A stretch of 64,000 nt of DNA from NCBI GenBank assembly GCA_963826785.1, contig CAWGYD010000006.1, positions 768,001-832,000 of the forward strand, read 5' to 3'. Positions 38,520 to 51,452 of the stretch are shown in pieces; the stretch's first letter is position 1; each line of letters starts with the position of its first letter. The position numbers and the translations under genes are program-made. The notes below the pieces were generated by a model. It searched no databases, was not told where the DNA came from, and worked only from the letters and a program-made list of their open reading frames with translations. Origin of the DNA: an uncultured delta proteobacterium. GTDB lineage: Bacteria > Desulfobacterota > Desulfobacteria > Desulfobacterales > Desulfosalsimonadaceae.

Positions 38520-40931
38520 ATGTCGGATCCACAGCAATATTTTGTCATAGAAGGCGGGAAAACGGCGTCCGCCTGGAATCGCGGGTTTTGGAGGAGCGCA
38601 TCCAGGCGGCAGTAGAGGCGGGGCACCGCCATATAGAGGTGAACGCCTATGGCCAGCACGGCATCGGCGGCCGCCTGTGGAAGGCCGGAAATGATACCGT
38701 AACGGTGCGGGTGACCGGCCATTCGGGCCAGCGGCTGGGGTCCATGGGATTTCCCAACACCCGCATCGAGGTGATGGGGCCGGCTTCCGACGATGTGGGG
38801 TGGCTGAACGCCGGGGCCGAAATCGTCGTACATGGCAATGCCTCAAACGGTGCCGCCAATGCCATGGCCCAGGGAAAGGTTTACGTCGCCGGAAATATCG
38901 GCGCCCGGGGCATGACCATGACCAAGCACAACCCGCGGCTGGATCCGCCCGAGTTGTGGGTGCTGGGAAGCGCAGGCGATTATTTCGGCGAATTCATGGC
39001 CGGCGGCATCGCCGTGGTCTGCGGCATCAATCCCCAGACGCCGGAAAATATCCTGGGATATCGGCCCCTGGTGGGCATGGTCAGCGGCAAGGTCTTCTTC
39101 CGGGGACCCCATGGGGGCTACAGTAAGAGCGATTCCCGACTATCGCATATCGGGGATGCGGACTGGGCCTGGCTGGAAGAAAACCTGAAGGTGTTTTTGG
39201 AAAAAATCAAGCACCCGGAACTCTATGATCAGCTGTCCGACCGCGACCACTGGCAGATGATAGCCGCACGGCTTCCCAAGGACAAGGTCGTCCGGAAGAT
39301 TCGATCCATGGCGGATTTTCATGAAATCGTATGGAACCGGGAGCTCGGTGCCGGCGGTCTGGTGGGAGACCTGGTGGAAGCGGACATGAGCCAGATCGGC
39401 GTTATCACCACCGGTGAACTGCGGCGCTATGTACCGGTATGGGCGAACCGGCAATACAAGGCCCCCTGCGAAACGGCCTGTCCCACCGGGCATTCCGGTG
39501 CAGGACCGATGGCGCTTGATCCGGGAGGGCCGGGTGGATGAGGCCGTGGATATGGCCCTGGCCTATACCCCTTTTCCGGCCAGCGTGTGCGGCTATTTAT
39601 GTCCCAACCTGTGCATGGCCGGCTGCACCCGGCAGATCGCCGCGATGCCCCCGGTGGACGTCACTCAACTGGGCAAGGCCAGCATACGGGCCAAACTTCC
39701 GGAACTGCCGGTCCTTTCAGGAAAAAAAGTGGCGGTCATCGGCGGCGGACCGGCGGGGCTTTCGGTGGCCTGGCAGCTTCGGCAGCGGGGACACGAGGCC
39801 ACTGTTTTTGATATGTCCGGTCAGCTGGGGGGTAAAATTTCCGCCCTGATTCCCGAAAGCCGGATTCCCAAAGAGGTCATCGACGAGGAGCTCAAACGGA
39901 TCAAATCCGTCCTGCCGCATGTTCACCTCCAGCAGCCCCTTACACCCGATGATATGGAACAGTTCAAGGCCGATTACGACCTGGTGGTGGTGGCTACGGG
40001 AGCTCAGAAACCCCGGACGCTGCCGGTCCCTGGAAAAGAGAAGATGGTTGCCGCAAGCTCATTTCTGGCCCGCGCCAAGACCGACCCCATCCTGCCGGGA
40101 GAAAAGGTGGTGATCATCGGTGCGGGAAACGTGGGGTGTGATGTGGCGGTGGAAGCCAGCCGGCTGGGCGCTCAGTCCATCATCCTGATCGATGTGCAGA
40201 AACCGGCTGCGTTCGGCAAGGAAAAGCAGCACGCCGAAGCGGTGGGCGCCAAATTCAGATGGCCCTGTTTCACCCGGGAGATCACGGATGAAGGAGTGGT
40301 GCTGGACACCGGGGAAGTCATCGGCGCAGACACGGTGGTGATCTCCATCGGCGATATGCCGGATATTTCATTCCTTCCGGCAACGGTTGCCACCGACCAC
40401 GGATTTGTGAGCGTAAACGATTATTTCCAGACCACCGACGAAAAGATATTCGCTATAGGTGACATGGTGCGCCCCGGGCTTCTCACCGATGCCATCGGCG
40501 CGGGCCGAAAGGCCGCTGAGGTGATGAACAACATCCTGGAGGGGAAGCGTCCTCTTTCGCCCGGCCCCAACGGCAAGACAACGGCATCCGCCGATCCGCA
40601 TCTGTCCGAGGGCGAAGGGGTGCATACCAGCGCCTGGGATATGCGGCCGGCCATCGACAAGCACCGGATCAAACTGGAGTATTTTGATCCCCGGATCATC
40701 GAATTTGACGATCTGGAATCCTGCGGATCCCAGTGCTCCTCCTGCGGGGCCTGCCGGGATTGCGGACTTTGCGTGGCCATATGCCCCCAGTCGGCCATCA
40801 GCCGGAGGGAAATAGGAGACCGCGATTATGAATACATCGTGGACCCGGACCGGTGCATCGGATGCGGGTTCTGCGGCGGGACCTGCCCCTGCGGCGTATG
40901 GGATCTGGTGGAAAATACGCCTTTGATTTGA
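38520..40931 (+). CDS. Glutamate synthase GXGXG domain fused to a GltD-like FAD oxidoreductase and ferredoxin (frameshifts ~38555, ~39490)
   Basis: GQHGIGG, DDVGWLNAG, GEFMAGG; APCETACP, IGGGPAG, IGAGNVG; C-terminal CxxCxxC pairs. Confidence 0.88.
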
Positions 40932-41103
40932 ATGATAAATCTGGTACAAGAGGCGTTGCCGATCCGGGCGGGTGTATTATTTTATGATGCCGGATTGACC
41001 GTTTTCCATCCTCAATTCACAATCAGGCGATCGCGATTGGCCCATCGTTAATTGAGACATATCAATTTACGGATATGAAAAAGCTGCAAGGATCTGAACA
41101 TAC

Positions 41104-42246
41104 ATGAAAGCGTTAATGGCCCTGGAAGACGGCCGCACCTTTGAATGCCAAAGCTTTACCGGCCACGGTGAAGCGTTCGGTGAAGTGGTGTTCAACACCT
41201 CGATGACCGGGTACCAGGAAGTGCTCACCGATCCTTCCTACCGGGGTCAGATGGTGATGATGACCTATCCGCTGGTGGGCAACTATGGAATAAACGCACA
41301 GGACATCGAATCCAACCGGATCCAGGTGGCGGCATTCATTGTCCGGGAATATCAGGAATTTCCCAGCAATTTTCGCTCCACCGCCTCTTTGCGGGATTAT
41401 CTCATGGACCATCATGTCCTGGGGGTCGATGAGCTCGACACCCGGGCCTTGACCATCCATCTGCGCACCGCCGGGGCCATGCGTGCGGCCATCTCCACCC
41501 GGGATCTGGACGCCCGCAGCCTGGTGAAACGAGTTTGCGCCATTCCCGTCATGGAGGGCCAGGACCTGGTCAGCGGAGTGACCGCCAGCAAGCCCTACTT
41601 CTGGGAAAATGATCGCCCCCGGCCCTGCAAAATGCCGATAGAAAAGTTGAATCCCGAGATCTGGCGGCGGCCGGATAAACCGTTTAAGGTCACCGCCTTT
41701 GATTTTGGAATCAAATACAACATCCTGCGCTATCTGGAACAGGCGGGATGCGAGGTGCTGGTGCTGCCGGCATCGGCTCCCGCAGATGTGGTTCGTGAAG
41801 TGTCGCCGCACGGCATTTTCCTGTCCAACGGTCCGGGCGATCCGGAGCCCGTGGACTATGCCGTCAACACCATCCGGGACCTGCTGGGGTATAAGCCCAT
41901 GTTCGGAATCTGCCTGGGCATCCAGCTTATCGGGCTGGCGCTGGGGGGGCGGACCTTCAAACTCAAGTTCGGCCATCACGGCGCCAATCAGCCGGTGCAG
42001 AATCTGGCCACCGGGCGGGTGGAGATCACCTCCCAGAACCATGGGTTTGCAGTTGACCCGGACAGCCTGGATCCAGGCCAGGTAGAGATCACCCACATGA
42101 ATTTAAATGACCACACGGTGGAAGGATTCCGGCATAAAAACATGCCGGTATTTGCCGTGCAATATCATCCCGAAGCGGCTCCAGGGCCCCATGACGCCGA
42201 TTACCTGTTTGGCCAATTTGCAACCCTTATGGAAAAAAATTCCTGA
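41104..42246 (+). CDS. carA: Carbamoyl-phosphate synthase small subunit
   Basis: [33 protein letters not shown]. Confidence 0.98.
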   Translation: MKALMALEDGRTFECQSFTGHGEAFGEVVFNTSMTGYQEVLTDPSYRGQMVMMTYPLVGNYGINAQDIESNRIQVAAFIVREYQEFPSNFRSTASLRDYLMDHHVLGVDELDTRALTIHLRTAGAMRAAISTRDLDARSLVKRVCAIPVMEGQDLVSGVTASKPYFWENDRPRPCKMPIEKLNPEIWRRPDKPFKVTAFDFGIKYNILRYLEQAGCEVLVLPASAPADVVREVSPHGIFLSNGPGDPEPVDYAVNTIRDLLGYKPMFGICLGIQLIGLALGGRTFKLKFGHHGANQPVQNLATGRVEITSQNHGFAVDPDSLDPGQVEITHMNLNDHTVEGFRHKNMPVFAVQYHPEAAPGPHDADYLFGQFATLMEKNS

Positions 42247-42248
42247 TC

Positions 42249-45200
42249 ATGCCCAAACGTACCGATATCCACAAAATCCTGATCATCGGGGCCGGACCCA
42301 TCATCATCAGCCAGGCCTGCGAATTTGATTATTCCGGCACCCAGGCCTGCAAGGCGTTGAAAGAAGAGGGGTACGAGGTCATCCTGGTCAACAGCAACCC
42401 GGCCACCATCATGACCGATCCGGAAATGGCGGACAAGACCTACATCGAGCCGGTGACGCCCAGGACCGTGGAGATGATCATCGAAAAGGAGCGGCCCGAT
42501 GCGCTCCTGCCCACCCTGGGCGGTCAGACGGGATTGAATACCGCGGTGGCGGTGGCGGAAAAAGGGATACTGGAAAAATACGGCGTGGAAATGATCGGTG
42601 CGACGCTGGCTTCCATCCGCAAGGCAGAGGACCGGGACGAGTTCAGGCACGCCATGGAAAAGATCGGTCTGCGCATCCCCATCAGCGGCATCGCCAAAAA
42701 CATGGACGCCGTGCGGCAGATCGCCTCTGAGATCGGATTTCCCCTGATCGTGCGGCCCAGCTTCACCCTGGGCGGCACCGGCGGCGGGGTGGCCTACAAT
42801 CCCGAGGAACTCGAGGAACTGGCCGCAGCAGGCCTGGATGCCAGCATGAATACCCAGATCATGCTGGAGGAGTCCGTGCTCGGCTGGAAGGAATACGAAC
42901 TCGAAGTCATGCGGGACAAAAACGACAATGTGGTGATCGTCTGCTCCATCGAAAACCTGGACCCCATGGGAATCCACACGGGGGATTCCATCACCGTGGC
43001 ACCGGCTCAGACGCTGACTGACCGGGAGTACCAGGTGATGCGAAACGCCTCCATCGCCATCCTGCGGGAAATCGGGGTGGACACCGGCGGTTCCAACGTG
43101 CAGTTTGCCGTCAATCCGGAAAACGGGGAGATGATCGTGGTGGAGATGAACCCGCGGGTGTCGCGCAGCTCCGCCCTGGCTTCCAAAGCCACCGGTTTTC
43201 CCATCGCCAAGATCGCCGCCAAGCTGGCGGTGGGATATACCTTAGATGAGCTGGCCAACGATATCACCGGCGAGACGGTGGCCTCCTTTGAACCGGCGCT
43301 CGACTACTGCGTGGTCAAGATTCCCCGCTGGACCTTTGAAAAATTTCCGGAAGCCGAAGACGTGCTGACCACCTCCATGCGTTCCGTGGGGGAGACCATG
43401 TCCATCGGCCGGACCTTCAAGGAAGCGCTCCAGAAAGGGCTGCGGTCGCTTGAAATCGGCCGGTTCGGATTCGGGGCCGACGGAAAGGACGGGCAGGAGG
43501 CGCCCCCTTCCCTGGAGGAGATCGAAAAAAACCTGTCCAAGCCCAATTCCAAACGGATTTTCTATCTGCACGACGCTCTGGCCGCCGGCATGTCGGTGGA
43601 GACCATCTATCAGCTCACCCGGATTGACCCGTGGTTTCTGTACCAGCTCAAACAGATCGTGGAGATGGAGAAACAAATCCGGTCCGCCGCCGACACCCCG
43701 ATGTCTGCTGATTTCTTGAGAAAGGCCAAGGCATGGGGCTTTTCCGACGTGCAGCTGGGGCATCTGACGAATACCAATGCAGAGGCTGTCCGGTCGCTTC
43801 GGAATCAGTTCGATATCCGGCCTGTGTACAAGCTGGTGGATACCTGCGCGGCCGAGTTCAAGGCGGCCACCCCCTATTATTACTCCACCTATGAGATGGA
43901 AAACGAGGCCCGGATCACCACCGGAAAGAAAATTATGATCCTGGGGGGCGGGCCCAACCGGATCGGGCAGGGAATCGAATTCGACTACTGCTGCGTGCAC
44001 GCCTCGTTTGCCCTTCGGGAACTGGGGATCGAGAGCATCATGGTCAACTCCAATCCCGAGACCGTCTCCACCGACTACGACACATCGGACAAGCTTTATT
44101 TTGAGCCGCTTACCCATGAGGACGTGCTCCACATCGTGGAGACGGAAAAACCTGACGGGGTGATCGTACAGTTCGGGGGGCAGACGCCTTTAAACCTTTC
44201 CATGGGCCTGCTGGCTGCCGGGGTCCCCATCATCGGCACCCATCCGGACAGCATTGCCCGCGCCGAAGACCGCAAATTGTTCCAGGCCATGCTGGAAAAG
44301 CTCAACCTGGTCCAGCCCCCCAACGGCACGGCCCGATCGGTGGCTGAAGCGCAGGAGGTGGCCGACCGCATTGGATTTCCGGTGATTGTACGGCCCTCCT
44401 TCGTGCTGGGCGGGCGGGCCATGAGAATCGTCTACAACCCCCAGCAGCTGCATAATTGTACCCATCTGGCCATGATCGCCTCTCCGGAATATCCGGTGCT
44501 CATCGACAAATTCCTGGAAGACGCCATCGAGGTGGACGTGGATGCCGTTTCCGACGGCCATACCACCGTCATCGGGGGCATCATGGAGCATATCGAAGAG
44601 GCGGGGGTCCATTCCGGGGACAGCGCCTGCGTGCTTCCCCCCTACAGCCTCAAGTCATCGGAGATCGAAGAGATTACGGCAGCCACCAAGGCCATGGCAA
44701 AGGAGCTCAACGTCATCGGCCTGATGAATGTCCAGTATGCCATCAAGGCCGGCAAGCTCTATGTGCTGGAAGTCAATCCCCGGGCATCGCGGACCGTTCC
44801 TTTTGTGAGCAAGGCCACCGGGGTGCAGCTGGCCAAGATCGCCACAAAGGTGATGACAGGCAAAACGCTTGCCGAGCTTGGATTTACCAGGGAAGTGGTA
44901 CCGTCTCATATTTCGGTGAAAGAGGCAGTCATGCCCTTTAACCGGTTTCCGGGGGTGGACATCCTGCTGGGGCCGGAAATGAAATCCACCGGAGAGGTGA
45001 TGGGCGTGGACACGGATTTCGGCAGGGCCTATGCCAAATCCCAGCTCGGGGCCGGCCAGAACCTACCGGAAACAGGGGCAGTGTTCATCAGTATTCAAGA
45101 TTCCGACAAGCAAGCCGTGCTTTTAGTGGCCAGGGAATTCGAACACATCGGTTTTACGATTCTGGCCACCCGGGGCACCTCCGAATTTTTTCGTGCCCAC

Positions 45201-45500
45201 GGCATCGAAAACCAGGTGGTCAACAAAGTATCGGCGGGCCGTCCCCACGTGGTGGACGCCATCAAAAACCGGGAGATCCACCTGGTCATCAATACCGGCA
45301 CCGGGGATGAAACCCGGCGGGATGGATATCTGATCCGGCGGGCGGCATTGAAGTTCAATATCCCCATCGCCACCACCATTGCCGGTGCCAAGGCCATGTG
45401 CAAAGGAATCGCCGCATTGAAGCAAAAAGCGCTTTGTGTGGAGCCGATTCAAACATATCATCCAAACCATAAGCAATTGCGGCAGCAAAGCCATGAATAA
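42249..45500 (+). CDS. carB: Carbamoyl-phosphate synthase large subunit
   Basis: [16 protein letters not shown], duplicated ATP-grasp domains, MGS domain. Confidence 0.98.
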   Translation: MPKRTDIHKILIIGAGPIIISQACEFDYSGTQACKALKEEGYEVILVNSNPATIMTDPEMADKTYIEPVTPRTVEMIIEKERPDALLPTLGGQTGLNTAVAVAEKGILEKYGVEMIGATLASIRKAEDRDEFRHAMEKIGLRIPISGIAKNMDAVRQIASEIGFPLIVRPSFTLGGTGGGVAYNPEELEELAAAGLDASMNTQIMLEESVLGWKEYELEVMRDKNDNVVIVCSIENLDPMGIHTGDSITVAPAQTLTDREYQVMRNASIAILREIGVDTGGSNVQFAVNPENGEMIVVEMNPRVSRSSALASKATGFPIAKIAAKLAVGYTLDELANDITGETVASFEPALDYCVVKIPRWTFEKFPEAEDVLTTSMRSVGETMSIGRTFKEALQKGLRSLEIGRFGFGADGKDGQEAPPSLEEIEKNLSKPNSKRIFYLHDALAAGMSVETIYQLTRIDPWFLYQLKQIVEMEKQIRSAADTPMSADFLRKAKAWGFSDVQLGHLTNTNAEAVRSLRNQFDIRPVYKLVDTCAAEFKAATPYYYSTYEMENEARITTGKKIMILGGGPNRIGQGIEFDYCCVHASFALRELGIESIMVNSNPETVSTDYDTSDKLYFEPLTHEDVLHIVETEKPDGVIVQFGGQTPLNLSMGLLAAGVPIIGTHPDSIARAEDRKLFQAMLEKLNLVQPPNGTARSVAEAQEVADRIGFPVIVRPSFVLGGRAMRIVYNPQQLHNCTHLAMIASPEYPVLIDKFLEDAIEVDVDAVSDGHTTVIGGIMEHIEEAGVHSGDSACVLPPYSLKSSEIEEITAATKAMAKELNVIGLMNVQYAIKAGKLYVLEVNPRASRTVPFVSKATGVQLAKIATKVMTGKTLAELGFTREVVPSHISVKEAVMPFNRFPGVDILLGPEMKSTGEVMGVDTDFGRAYAKSQLGAGQNLPETGAVFISIQDSDKQAVLLVAREFEHIGFTILATRGTSEFFRAHGIENQVVNKVSAGRPHVVDAIKNREIHLVINTGTGDETRRDGYLIRRAALKFNIPIATTIAGAKAMCKGIAALKQKALCVEPIQTYHPNHKQLRQQSHE

Positions 45501-46920
45501 CCAAAATCGCATAAACGACCGGCCGAGAGAAGCCTGCGGTATTTTCGGCATCTTTAATCATCCCGAGGCGGCCCGCCTCAGCTACTTCGGCCTCTATGCC
45601 CTCCAGCATCGCGGCCAGGAGAGCGCGGGAATCGCCATCGTCAGAGACGGGCATATCAATTTCCACAAGGGAATGGGGCTGGTGCCGGAAGTCTTCAATG
45701 ACGACAACCTGGAAAGCCTTTCCGGCCAGTGCAGCGCCATCGGCCATGTCCGCTATTCCACCACCGGGGACTCCAATCTGACCAATGCCCAGCCCTTCGT
45801 GGTCAACCACAAGGGCAAATCCTACGGGGTGGCCCACAACGGCAACCTGGTCAACGCCCACATGCTGAAAGAAGAGCTGGAGGAAGAAGGTTCAATCTTT
45901 CAGACCACCATGGACAGTGAGATTTTTCTTCATCTCTTCGTCAAGAATTTGAAGCATGGTTTCGAAGAGGCGCTCACCGCCGCGGTGGCCCGCATCGAGG
46001 GGGCATATTCCTTTGTTCTGCTCACCAGCCGGGGCGAGGTGGTGGGGATCAAGGATCCCAACGGATTTCGGCCCCTGTGCCTGGGCAGGCTCTCCACCGG
46101 CCACTATGTGCTGGCCTCCGAAACCTGCGGACTGGATCTGGTCCAGGCGGAGTTCGTTCGGGAACTGGACCCGGGCGAGATCGTCATCATCAGTTCAGAA
46201 GGTGTCAAAAGCATCCACCCGCACAAACAGGTCCGGCGCACCTGCTGCATTTTCGAATACATCTACTTCGCCCGGCCGGACAGCACCATTTTCGGCAAGA
46301 ACGTCTACCAGACCCGCAAGGCCCACGGACGACGCCTGGCCCGGGAAGCGCCGGTGGATGCGGACCTGGTGATGCCGTTTCCCGATTCCGGAATCTACGC
46401 GGCCCTCGGGTATTCCGAAGAATCGGGCCTTCCCTTCGACCTGGCCATGATCCGGAACCACTATGTGGGCCGCACCTTCATTCAGCCCACCCAGGGGATG
46501 CGGGATTTCGGGGTGCGGATGAAGCTCAACCCGGTAAAGGAACTGCTGTACGGCAAGGACATTATCATCATCGAAGACTCCATCATCCGGGGCACCACTT
46601 CCAAGACCCGTATCCGCGCCCTGCGGGAGCTGGGGGTCAGAAAAGTCCACATGCGCATCAGCTGCCCGCCGCACCGGTTTCCCTGCCATTACGGAATCGA
46701 TTTTTCCACCCGGGGGGAATTGATCGCGGCCAGCAAAACCGTGGATGAACTGCGGCAGTTTCTGGATCTGGATTCCCTTCATTACCTGAGCCTGGAGGGT
46801 CTTTTGGAATCCACGGGAGTGGCGCATCCCGAAAATAATTTCTGTAAAGCTTGCTTTGACGGATGTTATCCGGTAGAATTCGACGAAATGGTTTCAAAAT
46901 CCTGTTTGCAAAATCGGTGA
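45493..46920 (+). CDS. purF: Amidophosphoribosyltransferase
   Basis: Propeptide then [32 protein letters not shown]. Confidence 0.97.
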   Translation: MNNQNRINDRPREACGIFGIFNHPEAARLSYFGLYALQHRGQESAGIAIVRDGHINFHKGMGLVPEVFNDDNLESLSGQCSAIGHVRYSTTGDSNLTNAQPFVVNHKGKSYGVAHNGNLVNAHMLKEELEEEGSIFQTTMDSEIFLHLFVKNLKHGFEEALTAAVARIEGAYSFVLLTSRGEVVGIKDPNGFRPLCLGRLSTGHYVLASETCGLDLVQAEFVRELDPGEIVIISSEGVKSIHPHKQVRRTCCIFEYIYFARPDSTIFGKNVYQTRKAHGRRLAREAPVDADLVMPFPDSGIYAALGYSEESGLPFDLAMIRNHYVGRTFIQPTQGMRDFGVRMKLNPVKELLYGKDIIIIEDSIIRGTTSKTRIRALRELGVRKVHMRISCPPHRFPCHYGIDFSTRGELIAASKTVDELRQFLDLDSLHYLSLEGLLESTGVAHPENNFCKACFDGCYPVEFDEMVSKSCLQNR

Positions 46921-47025
46921 TTGTGGTATTATCGCAAATAGAAGGCCCGTTTTAGAACGCTTCAGCCGATATGCAGATTCAAGCCGAACGGATATCCCTG
47001 TAGTTTTGGCGGAGGAGTATGACCG

Positions 47026-47550
47026 ATGATCGAATCCAAGTACCTCAAGGATAACGTCCAGAACATCCAGCGGCTAATGGCGATTCCTGGATTGAAGGAA
47101 TTTGAAACCCGGAACCTGGCCAAGCTGCTTCGGCTGTCCAAAATCCGGGAGTACGAGGATGGCGAACTCATCATCCGGGAAGGGGACGAGGATCCCTGGT
47201 TGTATTTTCTGCTGTCCGGCGGCCTGAAGATCAAGAAGAACAGCATTGAAATCGGCACCATTTCCCAGATTGGCGAAATTTTCGGCGAAATGCGGATCAT
47301 CGACAGCCTGACCCGCAGCGCATCCGTGTATGCCGAGGGCGCCACCATCTGCCTCTGCGTAGATACCTCGGCCAAGGGGCGGCTGGCCACTGCAAGCGCG
47401 GAGGAGCGTGATGAACGCCTCGATTTTCTGCTCCTGCTCTACCGGATATTTGCCGAATACATGTCCATCCGCCTGCGGGCCACCAACGAAGAGCTGATCA
47501 AGACCAAGGTCGTGCTCCAGAACCTGATCGAAGCCGAGCAGATGGAATAG
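47026..47550 (+). CDS. Cyclic nucleotide-binding domain protein
   Basis: IIREGD..LYFLLSG..GEIFGEM..RSASVYA. Confidence 0.9.
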   Translation: MIESKYLKDNVQNIQRLMAIPGLKEFETRNLAKLLRLSKIREYEDGELIIREGDEDPWLYFLLSGGLKIKKNSIEIGTISQIGEIFGEMRIIDSLTRSASVYAEGATICLCVDTSAKGRLATASAEERDERLDFLLLLYRIFAEYMSIRLRATNEELIKTKVVLQNLIEAEQME

Positions 47551-47646
47551 CATCCGTTTACCATCTTTGCAAAAGGCCCATCTCTTGCACCGATTTGCAT
47601 TCAAGATGTTTCCATGTCATTTTTGAATGCCGCACCCGTTATTTCA

Positions 47647-48647
47647 ATGAATAAAACCGTCGCTTTTTCAAAAGATTCCATCAATGTGTTTTTCCATCTC
47701 CTGACCCGGTGCAACCTGCGCTGCAGCCACTGCTACATCAACCCGGATCAGCACGGCCGGGACATGCTGCCCAGGCCGATCATCGAAAAATGGCTGTCTG
47801 CCATCCTGCCCGAAAGGCGACCGGCCAACCTGATCCTGCTGGGGGGGAGCCCACCCTTCATCCCGACCTGGCGGATATCATCAAATCCGCCCGAAGCATG
47901 GGATATGCCTCCATCACCATCGACACCAACGGGTATCTTTTTCATGATATCCTGGACAGGGTCAGCGTCGATGATGTCGATTTTTTCAGCTTCAGCCTGG
48001 ACGGGGCCACGGCCGAAACCAATGACCGCATCCGGGGGAAAGGGTGTTATGCCAATTGCCTGGCCGGCGTCCGAAAGGCGGTGAAAAGGGGTTTTCACAC
48101 CAGCATGATCTACACGGTCAGCTCCGAAAACATCCATGAACTTTCCCGCATGCCGGAGCTGATTGCCGACTTGGGCGTCGAGCGGTTTTTCATCCAGGTG
48201 ATCGGGATCCGCGGCAAGTCCGCTGCTACCGAAAATACCCGTCTTCAGGTGGACCCGGAAAAATGGAACTCGCTGATTCCGGAAGTGGCGAAAAGGGCTG
48301 CGGCATTGGGCATCCATGTGACCTATCCGAAAGTGTTCCTGGATGCCGATGAACCTTTTGAATGCGCGGGAAAAGTGGCGGACAACTATTTCATCTTTCC
48401 CAACGGCCGGGTCTACCGGTGCCCCCTGTGCGAGGACTATCCGCTCCACAGCCTGTGCTTTGCCGATGACAAACTCGCGCGTATGGCCAAAATCAATGAA
48501 GCGGACCTGTTTGAACTCAAAATTTCCGAGGGCTGCGTGATGAACAAGCTGATCCAGCCCGGAAACATCACCTACTCGTCCGACGGCACCCCCGTGCACC
48601 GGATCGCCTGCTGCCTGCTCAAAGAAGAAGTCCCCCCTGAAAAATAA
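47647..48647 (+). CDS. Radical SAM protein (frameshift in the G-run at 47841)
   Basis: CNLRCSHC, GGEPTLH, DTNG, SLDG; C-terminal Cys-rich SPASM/twitch-like segment. Confidence 0.88.
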
Positions 48648-48863
48648 GGGTCTGGTTTACAAAAGCGATTTCTGATCGCTTATTTATCCATCTTAGTCTT
48701 TCACAGAAAGGCCGAAAAGATTGGTTTTTCGCAGATGCGCTGTAAAATTTAACCCCGTCTTTTATGCAATCTACGACCTTGCGCCGGGTTCGCGTGAACC
48801 GGAAAAGAAGGTTATACTGAAGGGAGAGACGACCGTTAAAGTTGCCAGAGAATAGATTTGATT

Positions 48864-49958
48864 ATGGGATTGCTCGTATTTTATTTTATTCTTGCCATCG
48901 GGGTGTCGTTTTTCTGCTCCATCCTGGAGGCGGTGCTGCTGAGCGTCAGCCGCTCCTATGTGCTGATGCTCAAAAAGAAGCATCATGCGGCCGGGGGGAC
49001 GCTGCAGGATTTCAAGGAAGACATTGACCGGCCCCTGTCGGCCATTCTCAGCTTGAATACCATCGCCCACACCGCCGGTGCGGTGGGGGTGGGGGCCCAG
49101 GCCGAAGTGGTTTTCGGCGACGTCTACGTGGCGTTGACCTCCGCGGTGCTGACCCTCCTGATTCTGGTGATATCGGAGATCATCCCCAAAACCCTGGGGG
49201 CGAATTACTGGCGGGAACTTGCCGTATTTACGGCCCGCTCCCTCAAAGTGATCATGTTCATCATGTATCCGCTGGTCGTTTTGTCACGCATGGTGACCAA
49301 CCTGATCGCCAAGAGCGATGAAATCCGGCTGTTCAGCCGGGAGGAATTTTCCGCCCAGGTGGATATCGGCACCCGTGCCGGGGTGTTTGCGGAAAAGGAA
49401 TCCCGGATATTCAAGAACCTGATCCGGTTCAGTTCCCTGCGGGCCACCGACATCATGACCCCTCGCATCGTGGTGATCATGTTCGACGAGCAGATCGTGA
49501 TTTCCCAGATCATTAAAAAAATCGAAAAATTGCGGGTTTCAAGGATTCCCGTGTACATCGATAATCCGGATAATATGACCGGCTATGTCTTGAAAGACGA
49601 CCTGCTCCTGAGCATGGCCCGGGGCGAAACCCACCGGCGGCTCCGGGATTTCCGCCGGGATATCTCCATCCTTCCCGAGATGCTGAAGCTCGGCGATGTT
49701 TTTGAGTCCCTCCTGGAAAAGCAGGAGCACATTGCCATTCTGGTGGATGAGTACGGCCAGTTTTCGGGCCTGGTGACGCTCGAAGATGTGGTGGAGACCC
49801 TGCTGGGAATGGAGATCGTCGACGAAGTGGACAGCGTCCGGGATATGCAGGTGCTGGCCCGGCAGCGCTGGCAGGAGCGGGCCAGTCGCCTGGGTCTGCT
49901 GGAGATGAGCGAGAGCATAAACCACCAGGAGACCCGGAAGGATGTTACACCCGAATAG
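48864..49958 (+). CDS. CNNM/DUF21-CBS (hemolysin family) protein
   Basis: SFFCSILEAVLLS, SEIIPKTLG, IMTPR, SRIPV, VDEYG..GLVTLED. Confidence 0.92.
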   Translation: MGLLVFYFILAIGVSFFCSILEAVLLSVSRSYVLMLKKKHHAAGGTLQDFKEDIDRPLSAILSLNTIAHTAGAVGVGAQAEVVFGDVYVALTSAVLTLLILVISEIIPKTLGANYWRELAVFTARSLKVIMFIMYPLVVLSRMVTNLIAKSDEIRLFSREEFSAQVDIGTRAGVFAEKESRIFKNLIRFSSLRATDIMTPRIVVIMFDEQIVISQIIKKIEKLRVSRIPVYIDNPDNMTGYVLKDDLLLSMARGETHRRLRDFRRDISILPEMLKLGDVFESLLEKQEHIAILVDEYGQFSGLVTLEDVVETLLGMEIVDEVDSVRDMQVLARQRWQERASRLGLLEMSESINHQETRKDVTPE

Positions 49959-49970
49959 AAGAGGACTGGC

Positions 49971-50735
49971 ATGAAACTGGATAAAAAAGTCGCCCTGGTC
50001 ACAGGGGCGGGACGGGGTCTGGGCCGGGCCGTGGCCATCGCTTTTTCCGCCGAAGGCGCCCGGGTGGGAATGCTGGGATTGAAGGAAGAAGATCTTGCGC
50101 AGGTGCAGGCGGAAATCGCGCAAGAAGGCGGCGAATCGGTTTATATGGTGGGTGATGTATCGGATGAAGGTGATGCGGCCCGGTTTGCCCGGACCGTGTT
50201 CGAACGGTTCGGCCGGGTGGACATCCTGGTCAACAATGCCGGGGTGATCGGACCGCCTCGGTTTCTCGAGGATGCGGATTTAAATTCCTGGTCCCGGACG
50301 CTGGGGGTCAATTTAACCGGCATGTACCTGTGCAGCCGCGCGGTGATTCCCCTGATGCGCCAAAATCCGGGCGGAATCATCATCAATGTAACGTCGGGGC
50401 TGGCACGGATGCCGTTTCCCCGGTTCTGCGCCTACGGGGTTTCAAAGGCGGGGGTGGAACAGCTGACCCGGAATTTAAGCGTTGAATTCGCAGCTGACCG
50501 CATCCGGGTCAATGCCATTGATCCGGGGGTCATGGACACCGCCATGCAGGATCAGATCCGCTCTTTCGGGGACGATGTTCTGGGGCCGGAATTATCGCGT
50601 CGATTTGTTTCATTTAAGGAAAACAAAGATCTTTCCGATCCCTCGGAGGTGGCCCGCCTATCGCTTTACCTGGCATCCGAAGATGCGGCGGATATCACGG
50701 GGGAGATCCTTTCCCTGTCCGATCTCCCCCGCTGA
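49971..50735 (+). CDS. SDR family oxidoreductase
   Basis: TGAGRGLG, NNAG, YGVSK. Confidence 0.93.
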   Translation: MKLDKKVALVTGAGRGLGRAVAIAFSAEGARVGMLGLKEEDLAQVQAEIAQEGGESVYMVGDVSDEGDAARFARTVFERFGRVDILVNNAGVIGPPRFLEDADLNSWSRTLGVNLTGMYLCSRAVIPLMRQNPGGIIINVTSGLARMPFPRFCAYGVSKAGVEQLTRNLSVEFAADRIRVNAIDPGVMDTAMQDQIRSFGDDVLGPELSRRFVSFKENKDLSDPSEVARLSLYLASEDAADITGEILSLSDLPR

Positions 50736-50743
50736 TTGAGTGG

Positions 50744-51238
50744 CTATTCGGCTTTAAAGAATACCTGTTTTTTCGATCCGCAGACGGGGCAGACGTCGGG
50801 GGCCTCATTTTCGCAGGTGTTTCCGCAGACCGAACAGACATAGTAATCGACTTCTTCAAGAGATTCAATGTTGTCCAGGGCATTCTGGTAAAGCTGCGCG
50901 TGGATTTTTTCCACTTCGTTGGCATATTCAAAGCTGCGGGTGGCGGCCGTGTTTCCTTCTTCTTTGGCATTTTCAATCATTTCCGGATACATCACCTTGA
51001 ACTCGTGCGTCTCGCCGGAAATGGCAGCCTTCAGATTTTCCTCCGTGCCCTTGATGCCGCCCAGCGCCCGCAGGTGATTGTGGGCGTGAACCGTTTCGGC
51101 TGCCGCGGCCGCCCTGAAGAGTTTGGCCACCTGGGTGCGCCCCTCCTGGTCGGCTTTTTTGGCAAATGCCAGGTACTTCCGGTTGGCCATGGATTCGCCG
51201 GCAAACGCTTCTTCAAGGTTGTTCTCCGTCTTGCTCAT
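50744..51238 (-). CDS. rbr: Rubrerythrin
   Basis: AFAGES.A, AETVHA, E..MYP, EKIH; C-terminal CSVCG..CPVCG. Confidence 0.93.
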   Translation of the reverse strand: MSKTENNLEEAFAGESMANRKYLAFAKKADQEGRTQVAKLFRAAAAAETVHAHNHLRALGGIKGTEENLKAAISGETHEFKVMYPEMIENAKEEGNTAATRSFEYANEVEKIHAQLYQNALDNIESLEEVDYYVCSVCGNTCENEAPDVCPVCGSKKQVFFKAE

Positions 51239-51452
51239 TTGATTTCCTTTCATGTGGGGGGGAATGGTATGGTTTTTCCGTAGTTGACCTATTTTAAAAA
51301 AATAGGCCTGTTTCCGGAAAAATCAAGAGCACATCGCGCGGTTCGGGGCAGGAGAGGAAAGATATCAGGGGGGCATAACCCGATATTTTTTCCGGAGCGT
51401 CAATCCCGGTTCCTGTAAAGCAGGGGCAGTCGGCCGTCTAATCATCCGCGGG

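Noticed and set aside
35593..40931. Calling the fragmented glutamate synthase genes (also acd, hydrolase, radical SAM) pseudogenes
   Set aside because: All catalytic motifs are intact and the breaks are single-base indels typical of sequencing error.
47841..47847. G7 tract as a phase-variation or programmed frameshift site
   Set aside because: One missing G restores LGGEP. Homopolymer error is simpler given the many other indels.
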